From assembly GCA_030390025.1 (NCBI GenBank), contig JASTWF010000357.1, positions 310,001-374,000 on the forward strand: DNA of 64,000 bases, read 5' to 3'. Below the pieces are notes generated by a model. The model was not told where the DNA came from. It made no database searches and was given only the letters and a program-made list of their open reading frames with translations. A program made the translations under genes and the position numbers. The stretch is from Squalus acanthias. Taxonomy: Eukaryota. This document shows positions 44,996 to 55,258 of the stretch, one piece after another (the stretch's first letter is position 1; every line of letters starts with the position of its first letter).

Positions 44996-45344
44996 CCCTC
45001 AGTTCGGTCTCATTCCCTGATGATCAGAATTACCCTCCTGGAGCTCAGTGACTGGCCTCGTCATGTTTGGAGAAAATTGTCTCATTTCTGCTTCTCCTTA
45101 AATCCCGGATTTTCTGGGAATGGGGCGATTTTCCCCGAATTAAATGATAAAGCGGTGATTCCCTGTACTTTATACTCTGTGCATTATATTAATCAGTAGA
45201 ATATCTCGGGGTGAGTTATATTGTGAAACGCTAACTGCTGCTGTAAAATCCGTCCCCCAGGATTTTATATAACAAGGAGAATTTATGCTGAAATATTAAC
45301 AGGAAATGCTGGAAATACCCAGCAGGTCAGGCAGCATCTATAGA
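44996..45344 (-). repeat. Diverged paralog of the NLR intron segment ~53712-54062, ending inside a Penelope terminal repeat
   Basis: Colinear with 53712-54062, with roughly 15-20 substitutions by eye. Confidence 0.85.
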
Positions 45345-45554
45345 GATTTCTCTGACTGCCACTTTTGCTTTTCTCCTTCCTGCCTTTTGCTTCTATCCTT
45401 GCTTCCCTTTCCTCTGTCTCCCTGCACAGGTTCCCAACCCCCTGCCATTTTAGTTTAAACCCTCCCCAACAGCACTAGCAAACACTCCCCCCTAGGACAT
45501 CAGTCCCGCCCAGGTGCAAACCATCCAGTTTGTACTGGTCCCACCTCCCCAGAA
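45345..45554 (-). mobile_element. CR1 ORF1 C-terminal remnant
   Basis: Identical to 57571-57780; minus strand encodes FWGRWDQYKLDGLHL and ...GVFASAVGEGLN*. Confidence 0.8.
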
Positions 45555-45930
45555 CATCAAAATATCAAATGGCCTGATGTATATATGTAGCTTTGCCTTT
45601 CCTTCAAGAATTTTGTAAAAAGCAAAGTAAGATCCCACAGCAACGCAGACTGAAATTAAATCAGTATGATCTAATGGTATATTCTTTGTTTATTCAGACA
45701 TGAGATGCAGTACCAATGCACACGGCAGCTAATTTGAACAGAGACAAGCCCTGCATACACACCAACTTACACACACACACACACAACCAGGCCAGCCTGC
45801 AAAATTGTCACCAATGAAAGTTGATTTCTACCATCCCTCTGCTCTGTTTGGCAGTTTAAAAGCAAACACAGTTTTCAGTATTTTATCTTTTCATTTTGCA
45901 GCCTACAGAAACAGGCTTTCTAATCTGCAT

Positions 45931-46179
45931 CAAAAGGAAGTGCTGTGGAAGTGGGAAATCTGAAATAAGAACAGAAAATGCTGGAAATACTCAGCAGGTC
46001 AGGCAGCATCTGTGGAGAGAGAGAGAGAAACAGAGTTAATGTTTCAGCTCAATGACATTTCATCAGATTCTGGAAAGGTTCTGACGAAAGGCCATCGAGC
46101 TGAAACATTCACTCTGTTTCTCTGTATCTCCACTGATGCAGCCTAACATACTGAGTATTTACAGCATTTTCTGTTTTTA
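45931..46179. mobile_element. Fold-back element of two inverted Penelope terminal repeats with hammerhead cores
   Basis: ~105-nt arms (45962-46069 and 46079-46183) homologous to 54010-54110. Flanked by tttcta(a/t)tctgcat at 45917-45930 and 46180-46193. Confidence 0.8.
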
Positions 46180-46805
46180 TTTCTATTCTGCATGTTTTCT
46201 TGATTTCATGTGTCTCTCTCACTGCCTGCCAGCCTTGTCTTAATTTGAGTGGAATGGAAAAAAAAATGCAAAGATTCCACAGCAGCTTTTACTGTCAGAC
46301 AGTCCACAAAGACATTTTTCATTATCTCACTGACTGACTGGCTGTCTTGAAGTGAATTGAAATGAAATAAAGTGCAATAAAGTGATACACAACAGCATTA
46401 CATGTGGACCAGGCCAGAATGAAATCACTAGGGTTCAATACAACAGCAGCAGGTAATAAGACCACATCGCACACAAACACATGTTTTTGCCCTCTTTCTG
46501 TCTCACACACACTCTCAGTCTGGCCAGCCTGCAGATGGATGACTGCCGTGTTGGAAGATTAAAACCAAAAAGACAGTTTTCAGTATCTTATCTTTTCACT
46601 TCGCGGCCTACAGAAACAGGCTTTCTATTCTGCAACTTGCCTTTTGATTTAATGTCGCTCTCTCTCATAGACTGTCTGTCTGTCTCTCACTCAGTCTTAA
46701 TCCCACCCACACTGAACTAAAATTTACAGTAACATGACACACACACTCACACAGACTCTGCAATTTGCAGAAACTCACACACACACATTTATTTTGAAAG
46801 ATTTG

Positions 46806-47365
46806 TGTTGGTGAAAAATTAATTCACTCGAGTCTGTCTCAAAGCAAAAGATCACAGTTTATTATTCGAAGCGCTCTGGGAGAAGAGTCATAGTCTGCAG
46901 GCTACTGACCAGCTTCTCAATATAATAGCGGTCAGCCAAGCTTCTTTATACACTTCCAGAAGCCAGAAAATACAAACATCAGCACAGTTATACATCATGA
47001 GCGACCCTTAGGGTCTCTAAAAACAACTTGATTAGAATCTTACACTGTTAGCGAAACTCATCCTTTATTCTGCTTTTGTCTAATAGTGGTCAGCCACCTG
47101 CACTGCAAGGTTTCATTCTTACGCCTTTTCGAGGTTAGTTTATTATAGAAAACAATGATTCACATTTTTGTTCTGCAGTGTCTGCATTGTCTATACCGCA
47201 GACTAAGCAAGCTCATCTTTTATCTAATTATACCCCTGTCTCCATCGGCTTGTAACCTTCGGGAGATACTTTGACCTTTACTATAGTCCTTTAAGCAGTT
47301 CAACTAATCTTAAAAATTAAACTGATTTGCTCTTACATTATTACAATTAATTTTTTACTCTTACA
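46806..47365 (-). mobile_element. Solo LTR, 560 bp
   Basis: TG...CA ends, 5-bp TSD ATTTG (46801-46805 and 47366-47370), imperfect terminal inverted repeat. On the minus strand TATAAA (46950-46945) precedes AATAAA (46863-46858). Absent from the paralogous site at ~49114. Confidence 0.88.
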
Positions 47366-48093
47366 ATTTGCAGCCTGGGAGTGTCCATTTTTGATGATGT
47401 CCCTTCCTGGCTGTCCGGCCATGTTTGATGAGTACAATCAAACAGGAAGAAGTGAAGCCGAGGCCCCAGAAATCCGGGTCCCCGAGAGGAAATGAAAGCC
47501 CGGGAGGGTGAAAAGAAGTAAATACAATTAGGAATAAAGAATAATATATACTTTACTTCTGTTAATTAAATGTCTGCCTGTCTGTGGTTTGCCAGGAGTG
47601 TAATAAAATGAATGGAAAGATCCCACAGCAGCTTTTGCTCTGAAAACATCCCAAGCACATTCCCCTATAAAGTCCAGACCAGAAAAAATATCAAATGGCT
47701 TGATGTATATATGTAGATTTGCTTTTTACAAAATTGTTGAAAGAAAGGCAAAGTAAGATCCCACAGCAGTGCAGTCTGGAATGAAATCAGTATGATCTAA
47801 TGGTACATACTTTGTTTTTTTCAGACATGAGATGCAGTACCAATGCACACGGCAGATAACTTGAACACAGAAAAGCCCGGAATACACACCAGCTTTTGTT
47901 GCCTGTCTGTCTCTCTCTCTCACACACACACACAGGCCAGCCTAAAAATTGCCACAAATTACTGTCAGCAATGAAAGAAAGTTCATTTCCATCATTGCTC
48001 TGCTTTGTTTAGCAGTTTAAAAGCAAAGAGACAGTTTTCAGTATTTTATCTTTTCAGTTTGCAGCCAACAGAAACAGGCTTTCTAATCTGCAT

Positions 48094-48338
48094 CAAATGC
48101 AAATGCTGTGGATGTGGGAAATCTGAAATAAAAACAAAGTTTTGGAAATACTCTGCAGGTAAGGCAGCATCTGTGGAGAGAGAGAGAAACAGAGTTAATG
48201 TTTCAGCTCGATTACCTTTTGTCAGATTCTGGCAAAGTTCTGACGAAAGGTCATCGAGCTGAAACATTTACTCCGTTTCTCTGTATCTCCACTGATGCTG
48301 CCTAACATAATGAGTATTTCCAGCATTTTCTGTTTTTA
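48094..48338. mobile_element. Fold-back Penelope-derived element, second copy
   Basis: Same inverted arms; flanking direct repeats at 48080-48093 and 48339-48352. Confidence 0.8.
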
Positions 48339-48664
48339 TTTCTATTCTGCATTTTGTCTTGATTTCATGTGTCTCTCTCACTGCCTGCCAGCCTGTCTAC
48401 CTTGTGTTGATTTGAGTAGAGTGGAATAAAATGAATTCAAAGATCCCAGAGCAGCTTTTATTGTCAGACAGTCCACAAAGACATTTTCAGGATCTCACTG
48501 ACTGACTCTCGGTCTTGAAGTGAAGTGAAATGAAATAAAGTGCAATGAAGTGATACACAACAGCATTACATGTGGACCAGGCCAGAATGAAATCAACAGG
48601 GTTTAATAAAACAACAGCAGGTAATAAGACAGCAGACTACATCTCACACAAACACCAGCTTTTG

Positions 48665-48666
<2 letters not shown>

Positions 48667-48710
<44 letters not shown>
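48667..48710 (+). repeat. Compound (CT)n(CA)n microsatellite
   Basis: Read directly; repeat numbers differ in the duplicate at ~60900-60945. Confidence 0.9.
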
Positions 48711-48711
<1 letters not shown>

Positions 48712-50291
48712 TCACAGCCTGGCCAGCCTGCAGAGGGATGACTGCTTTGTTGGAAGATTAAAACCAACAAGAGACTTTTCAGTATCTTATCTTTTCACTG
48801 TGGCCTACAGAAACAGGCTTTCTATTCTGCAACTTGCCTTTTGATTTCATGTCTCTCTCTCTCTCACTGACTGTCTGTCACTCAAACAGTCTCCCTCCCA
48901 CCCACATAGAACTAAAAGTTACAGTAACATGACACACACACTCACACAGACTCTGCAATTTGCAGACACACAGACACCCACTCACTTACAGACACACTCT
49001 CACAGACTCTGCAATTTGCAGACACACAGGCACCCACGCACTTACAGACACACTCACACAGACTCTGCCATTTGCAGAAACTCACCCTCACACACACACA
49101 TCCATTTTGAAAGATGTGGAGCCTGGGAGTGTCAATGTTTGATGATGTCCCTTCCTGGCTGTGCGGCCATGTTTGATGAGGACAATCAAACAGGAAGAAG
49201 TGAAGCCGAGGCCCCAGAAATCCGGGTCCCCGAGAGGAAATGAAAGCCCGGAGGGTGAAAAGAAGTAAATGCAATCAGGAATAAATATTAATATATATAC
49301 TTTACTTCTGTTAACTAAATGTCTGCCTGTCTGTGGTTTGCCTGAAGTGTAATAAAATGAATGGAAGGATCGCACAGCAGCTTTTGCTCTGAAAAGATCC
49401 CAAGCACATTCCCCAATAAAGCCCAGTCCAGAAAAAAATCAAATGGATTATTCTGAAAATAATTTAAAAAATATAGATTTTTTTTTTTTAGCAAATGTCT
49501 TGTCTTGTTTTAGTTAGGTTGAAGGGGAGAGCAAGATCCCAAAGCAGGATGTGCCATGAAACATTCCACAAACAATCCCCTATAAAGTCCAGTAAATTAT
49601 CAAATGGCTTGATGTATATATGTAGAATTGCTTTTTACAAAATTCTTGAAAGAAAGGCAAAGTAAGATCCCACCACAGCGCAGTGTGGAATTAAATCAGT
49701 ATGATATAATGGTATATACTTTCAGTTGTTTTCAGACATGAGATGCTGTACCAACGCACATGGCAGATAACTTGAACACAGACAAGGCCGGAATCTCACA
49801 CACACACACACACACACACACGCAAAATTGCCAGAAATCACTGTCAGCAATGAAAGAAAGTTGATTTCTTTCATAGCGCTGCTCTGTTTGGGAGTTTAAA
49901 AGCAAACAGACAGTTTTCAGTATTTTATTCAGCATGTTGTCTTGATTTCTCTCACTGCCTGCCAGCCTGCCTTGTCACACACAAACTCACAGCCTGGCCA
50001 GCCTGCAGAGGGATGACTGCCGAGTTGGAAGATTAAAACCAAAATGACTCTCAGACAGATTCTGCAATTTGCAGACACACACACTCACTCTCACATCCAT
50101 TTTGAAAGGGGTGAATCCTGGGAGCGGCTGAGTCACGTGACCCTGTGGCAGGGCCTCTGACCTCACAATGGACGATGACGCGATCAGCTCGAGCGGGAAA
50201 CCCTTAAATTAAATTAAATTCAATTAATGGTCACAGTCAATCCGGGTCTTGTTCCCTCCAGTAACTCCAGCTGTTTCTCTCCGGATGAACT

Positions 50292-52150
50292 CCAAAAGCT
50301 TTTATAAGTATATCAAGAGGAAAAGACTGGTGAAAACCAAAGTTGGTCCATTGCAGTCAGATACGGGGGAATATATAATGGGAAATAAGGAAATGGCAGA
50401 CCAACTAAATGCATACTTTGGGTCAGTCTTTACGAAGGAAGACACAAAAAACCTCCCTGGGATATCGGGAAAAATAGGGACATTGGCAAAGGAGGAACTG
50501 ACGCAAATCAATATCTCTAAGGATATGGTGTTAAGGAAGCTAAAGGGATTGAAGGCGGACAAATCCCCAGGGCCTGATAACATGCATCCTAGGGTACTGA
50601 AGGAGGTGGCCCTAGAGATAGCGGATGCACTAAGCATGATTTTTCAGAATTCATTAGACTCGGGAACAGTGCCCATGGATTGGAGGGTAGCTAACGTTAC
50701 CCCACTATTCAAAAAGGGGGGTAGGGAAAAAGCAGGTAATTACAGACCTGTAAGCCTTACATCAGTTGTGGGCAAAATGCTGGAGTCCATCATTAAGGAT
50801 GAAATAGCCGAGCACTTAGCAAATGGGGACAGGATAGGACAGAGTCAACATGGATTTACAAAGGGTAAATCGTGCTTGACTAATCTATTGGAATTTTTTG
50901 AGGGAGTAACTGGTAAAATAGATGGGGGAGAGCCAGTAGATGTGGTGTACCTGGACTTCCAAAAGGCCTTCGATAAGGTCCCACATAAAAGATTAGCATG
51001 GAAAATTGAAGCTCATGGGATAAAGGGGAAAGTATTGACGTGGATAGAGAACTGGCTGTCAGATAGAAAACAGAGAGTTGGAATAAACGGCTCATATTCT
51101 GAATGGCAGGCAGTAACAAGTGGGGTACCACAGGGATCTGTCCTGGGTCCCCAGCTGTTCACAATTTATATTAATGACCTGGATCAGGGAGTCGAATGCA
51201 GCATTTCCAAATTTGCAGACGACACTAAACTAGGAGGGGGGGTGGGCTCAGAGGAGGAGACCAGGAAGCTCCAGAGCGATTTGGACAGACTGGGTGATTG
51301 GGCGGATAAATGGCAGATGCACTATAATGTGGACAAGTGCGAAGTTATCCACCTTGGGTGCAGGAACGGGAGGGCAAATTATTATTTAAATGGCAATAAA
51401 TTGGGAGAGGGGGAAGTACAGAGAGACCTGGGTGTTCTTGTACACCAGTCACTGAAGGCGAGCATGCAGGTGCAACAGGCGGTCAAGAAGGCAAACGGTA
51501 TGCTGGCCTTCATAGCAAAAGGGTTGGAATACAGGAACAGGGATACCTTGCTGCAGCTGTACAGGGCACTGGTGAGACCACACCTCGAGTACTGTGTACA
51601 GTTTTGGTCGCCTCATCTGAGGAAAGATGTTCTTGCCATGGAGGGGGTGCAGCGGCGATTCACCAGGCTGATACCAGGAATGGCGGGATTGACCTATGAG
51701 GAGAGACTATGTAGTTTAGGGATGTACACACTGGAGTTTAGAAGATTGAGAGGGGACCTCATAGAAGTGTATAAAATTCTGACAGGTCTAGACAGATTAG
51801 ATGCAGAAGGAATGTTTCCCTTGGCGGGTGAGAACAGAACTAGAGGACATAATTTAAGGATAAGGGCTAAACCATTTAGGACAGAAATGAGGGGGAATTT
51901 CTTCACTCAGAGAGTGGTGAACCTGTGGAACTCATTGCCACAGAGGGCAGTGTACGCCAGCTCATTAAATATATTTAAGAGGGAATTAGATATATTTCTA
52001 CAGGCAAAAGGGGTTAAGGGTTACGGAGAGAAGGCGGGGACGGGATACTGAATTGAAGGATCAGCCATGATCTCATTAAATGGCGGAGCAGGCTCGAAGG
52101 GCCGGATGGCCTACTCCTGCTCCTATCTTCTATGTATCTATGTATCTATG
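50292..52150 (+). mobile_element. CR1-clade LINE, 5'-truncated, with a complete open RT domain
   Basis: KSPGPD, NYRPVSL, QHGF, YLDFQKAFDKV, GVPQGS and FADD; stop at 52051; (TCTATGTA)n tail. The empty site is visible at 62511-62535. Confidence 0.97.
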
Positions 52151-52332
52151 ATTGTCCCCCAGCCTGAAACAGATTAAAGATTAAACAGGAAATAAACAGA
52201 TTGAACATCAGTGTAAATAACCGCGAGACTGGGGTTAATATTTCAATAATAATTACTGACAAATATTACCCACAGTGACTGAATCCCATTGATATTTTAT
52301 TTATTACATTAAACATTAACACAAACACTCAC

Positions 52333-52500
52333 TCGATCCTCTCCAGACTCCGGCAGGTCAGTATGAGGTGGCGGAGAGCGGGGACAGATCGGTCTGTGAA
52401 GGAGTTTCCTCTCAGGCTCAGATCCGTCAGTGAGCGGATTGTACTGAGAGCGGAGGCGAGATCCTCGGCACAAGAATCTGTGAGACCGACAGACCATAGA
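52333..52500 (-). pseudogene. NLR LRR exon (168 nt)
   Basis: ccccag| [55 protein letters not shown] |gtgagt. Confidence 0.9.
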
Positions 52501-52641
52501 CTGGGGATCAGAGAGGGAAATAACAGGAATCAGAGTCAATCCCCAGAGTTTATTAATAACACTATTACTGATACTAATAATAATGTTCAGTGTCAGACAT
52601 CCAGTTATTATAAACACAATCTCACACAGTCTGGTACTTAC

Positions 52642-52812
52642 TACAGTGTCTGTATTTTACAGTCCGGGATCCTCAGAGCCGCAGACACTAGTTTCACTCC
52701 TGAATCTCCCAGTTTATTATCACCCAGGTCCAGATCCGTCAGTGAGCGGTTTGTACTGAGAGCGGAGGCGAGATCCTCGGCACAAGAATCTGTGAGACCG
52801 ACAGACTCCAGC
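52642..52812 (-). pseudogene. NLR LRR exon (171 nt)
   Basis: ccccag| [56 protein letters not shown] |gtaagt. Confidence 0.9.
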
Positions 52813-52953
52813 CTGGGGATCAGAGAGAGAAATAACAGGAATCAGAGTCAATCCCCAGAGTTTATTAATAACACTATTACTGATACTAATAATAATGTTC
52901 AGTGTCAGACATCCAGTTATTATAAACACAATCTCACACAGTCTGGTACTTAC

Positions 52954-53124
52954 CGCAGTTTCTGTATTTTACAGTCCGGGTTCCTCAGAGCCATAGACAG
53001 CAGTTTCACTCCTGAATCTCCCAGTTTATTATCAGTCAGGTCCAGATCCATCAGTGAGCGGATTGTACTGAGAGCGGAGGCGAGATACTCGGCACCAGAA
53101 TCTGTGAGACCGACACCCCCGAGA
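52954..53124 (-). pseudogene. NLR LRR exon (171 nt)
   Basis: ccccag| [56 protein letters not shown] |gtaagt. Confidence 0.9.
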
Positions 53125-53265
53125 CTGGGGATCAGTGAGAGAAATAACAGGAATCAGAGTCAATCCCCAGAGTTTATTAATAACACTGTTACTGATACTA
53201 ATAATAATGTTCAGTGTCAGACATCCAGTTATTATAAACACAATCTCACACAGTCTGGTACTTAC

Positions 53266-53352
53266 CCCAGTTTCTGTATATTACAGTCCGGGTTCCTCAG
53301 AGCCGCAGACACTAGTTTCACTCCTGAGTCTCTCAGTTTATTGCCGCTCAGT
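53266..53352 (-). pseudogene. NLR LRR exon (87 nt)
   Basis: gtttag| [28 protein letters not shown] |gtaagt. Confidence 0.88.
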
Positions 53353-53486
53353 CTAAACACAAACAGAGAGAGAAACAAACTGAATCAGAGCCCGGATCTG
53401 ATATATTTTTCTCTCTCGGATATTACAGCAATCACTGAAAGTACTTCAGGACATTAATCACCCGGTTTCCCCACGCGATTTCCCCC

Positions 53487-53712
53487 TTGGGCGGGTCGTG
53501 TGGGGCCGGGGTTGGTGGCGGGTGGGGCCGGGGTCGGGTTGGGCCGGGGGGGGGGGGTGTGGGGGGGGCGGGCTCGGGTCGGGTCGGGTGGGGCCGGGGT
53601 CAGGTGAGGTCGGGTCGGGTCGGTGGCGGGTCGGGTGAGGCCGGGGGTGGGGTCGGGTCGGGTGGAGCCGGGTGGGGTCGGGGTCGGGTTCGGGTCGGTG
53701 CCGGGTCTGGTG
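53487..53712 (+). repeat. G-rich (GGGTC)n repeat in the NLR intron
   Basis: Read directly. Confidence 0.9.
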
Positions 53713-54009
53713 TCTCTCAGTCCGGTCTCATTCCCTGATGATCAGAATTACCCTCCTGGAGCTCAGTGACCGGCTCCGTCATGTTTGGAGAAACTTGTCT
53801 CATTTCTGCTGCTCCTTAAATCCTGGATTTTCTGGGAATGGGGCGATTTTCCCGGAATTAAATGATAAAGCGGTGATTCCCTGTACTTTATACTCTGTGC
53901 ATTATATTAATCTGTATAATATCTCGGGGTGAGTTATACTGTGAAACGCTAACTGCTGCTGTAAAATCAGTCCCCCAAGATTTTATATAACACGGAGAAT
54001 TTATTCTGA

Positions 54010-55258
54010 AATAAAAACAGGAAATGCTGGAAATACCCAGCAGGTCAGGCAGCATCTATAGAGAGAGAAACAGAGTTAATGTTTCAGGTCGAGGACCCTT
54101 CGTCAGAACTGGAAAAAGTTACAGATGTAACAGATTTCGAAGCAAGTGTCGGGGCCGGGAAAGGTGGGGGGAGCGGAGCAAAGAACAAAAGGGAAGGTCT
54201 GTGATAGGGTGGAAGACAGGAGAGTTTAAAAGACAAAAGGGATGATGGTGCAAACAAAAGGTGATGGTAATGGGACAAGTTAAGAATCAAAAGATGAATC
54301 TAGATGAGGTGTGAATGGCAATAGCAGAATCATCAAAAAATTAAATAGGGGCCGAGTTTATAGGCTGAAATTGTTGAAGTCGATGTTGAGTCCAGAAGGA
54401 TGTAAAGTACCTAATTGAAAGATGATGTGCTGTTCCTCGATCTTATGTTGTACTTTGTTGGAAGAGTGTAAGAGGCCGAGAATGGAGAGATCAGAGTGGG
54501 AGTGGAGCAGAGAATTAAAGCGATAGGCGATCAGAAGCTCGGGGTCACCCTTACGGACTGAGCGGAGGTGTTCCACAAAGCGGTCACCCAATCTGCGTTT
54601 GGTCTCCCCAATGTAGAGGAGACCGCATCGTGAGCAGCGAATACAGTATACTAAATTGCAAGAAGTACAAGTAAATCGCTGTTTCACCTGAAAGGAGTGT
54701 TTCGGGAACTGGACAGTGGGAAGGGAAGTGGTAAAAGGGCAGGTGTAGCAACTCCTGCGCTTGCACGGGAAGGTGCTGTGGGAAGGGGAAGGGTGTTGGT
54801 GGTGATAGAGGAGTGGACCAGGGTGTCGTGGAGGGAGCAATCCCTTCAGAATGCTGAAAGGGGATGTGAGGGAAAGATGCATTTGGATCACGCTGGAGGT
54901 GGCGGAAATGGCGGAGGATGATACGTTGAATATGGTGGCTGGTGGGGTGAAAGGTGAGGACAAGGGGGAACCCTATCATGGTTCTGGGAGGGAGTGGAAG
55001 GGATGAGAGCAGAAGTGCGGGAAATAGAACGGACACGGTCAAGAGCCGTGTCACCACGGTAGAGGGGAATCCTCGGATGAGGAATAAGGAAGACATGTCG
55101 GAAGCACTAGTATGGAACATGGCATTGTCAGAGCAGATGCGGCAGTGACAGAAAAACTGGGAGAATGGACCAGGGTCCTTACAGGAAGCGAGGTGGGAGG
55201 AAGTGTATTCCAGTTAGCTGTGGGAGTCAGAGGGCTTATAGTGAATGTTTGTCAATAG
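54010..55258 (-). mobile_element. Penelope-like retroelement fragment (RT C-terminus, GIY-YIG endonuclease, terminal repeat), decayed
   Basis: Minus strand reads IHYKPSDSHS*LEYTSSH...SQF...RICS and FTCTSCNLVYCIRCSRCGLLYIGETKRRLGDRFVEH...LGTLHPSGLN, with a stop and frameshifts. Confidence 0.92.
54074..54110 (-). ncRNA. Minimal type I hammerhead ribozyme motif in the Penelope terminal repeat
   Basis: AGUU-CUGACGA-A-GGGUC-CUC-GACCU-GAAAC-AUU-AACU: conserved boxes, paired stem II, stem I AGUU/AACU. The stem III palindrome AACGUU appears decayed to AACAUU. Confidence 0.7.

Larger units (their letters stand above)
45562..50125. repeat. Older internal tandem triplication (sub-units start at ~45562, ~47688, ~49597; the third is deleted)
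   Basis: The motif atcaaatggc(c/t)tgatgtatatatgtag and the downstream blocks recur with visible divergence. Confidence 0.85.

Noticed and set aside
44653..45051. Gly/Arg-rich ORFs (also 53487-53738)
   Set aside because: Translation artefacts of the G-rich repeat.
46322..49935. Many short ORFs in the spacer and their duplicates at 58548-62166
   Set aside because: They arise from microsatellites and repeat fragments, and their identity between copies reflects recent duplication, not selection.
50129..50141. Overlapping AP-1 and E-box/CLEAR motif TGAGTCACGTGAC
   Set aside because: A single short motif downstream of the NLR stop with no supporting promoter evidence.
52363..53457. 364-aa plus-strand repeat protein (also 62741-63835)
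   Set aside because: Antisense shadow of the LRR cassettes. A 312-bp period keeps one frame open by repetition, and the splice signals and LRR consensus are on the minus strand.
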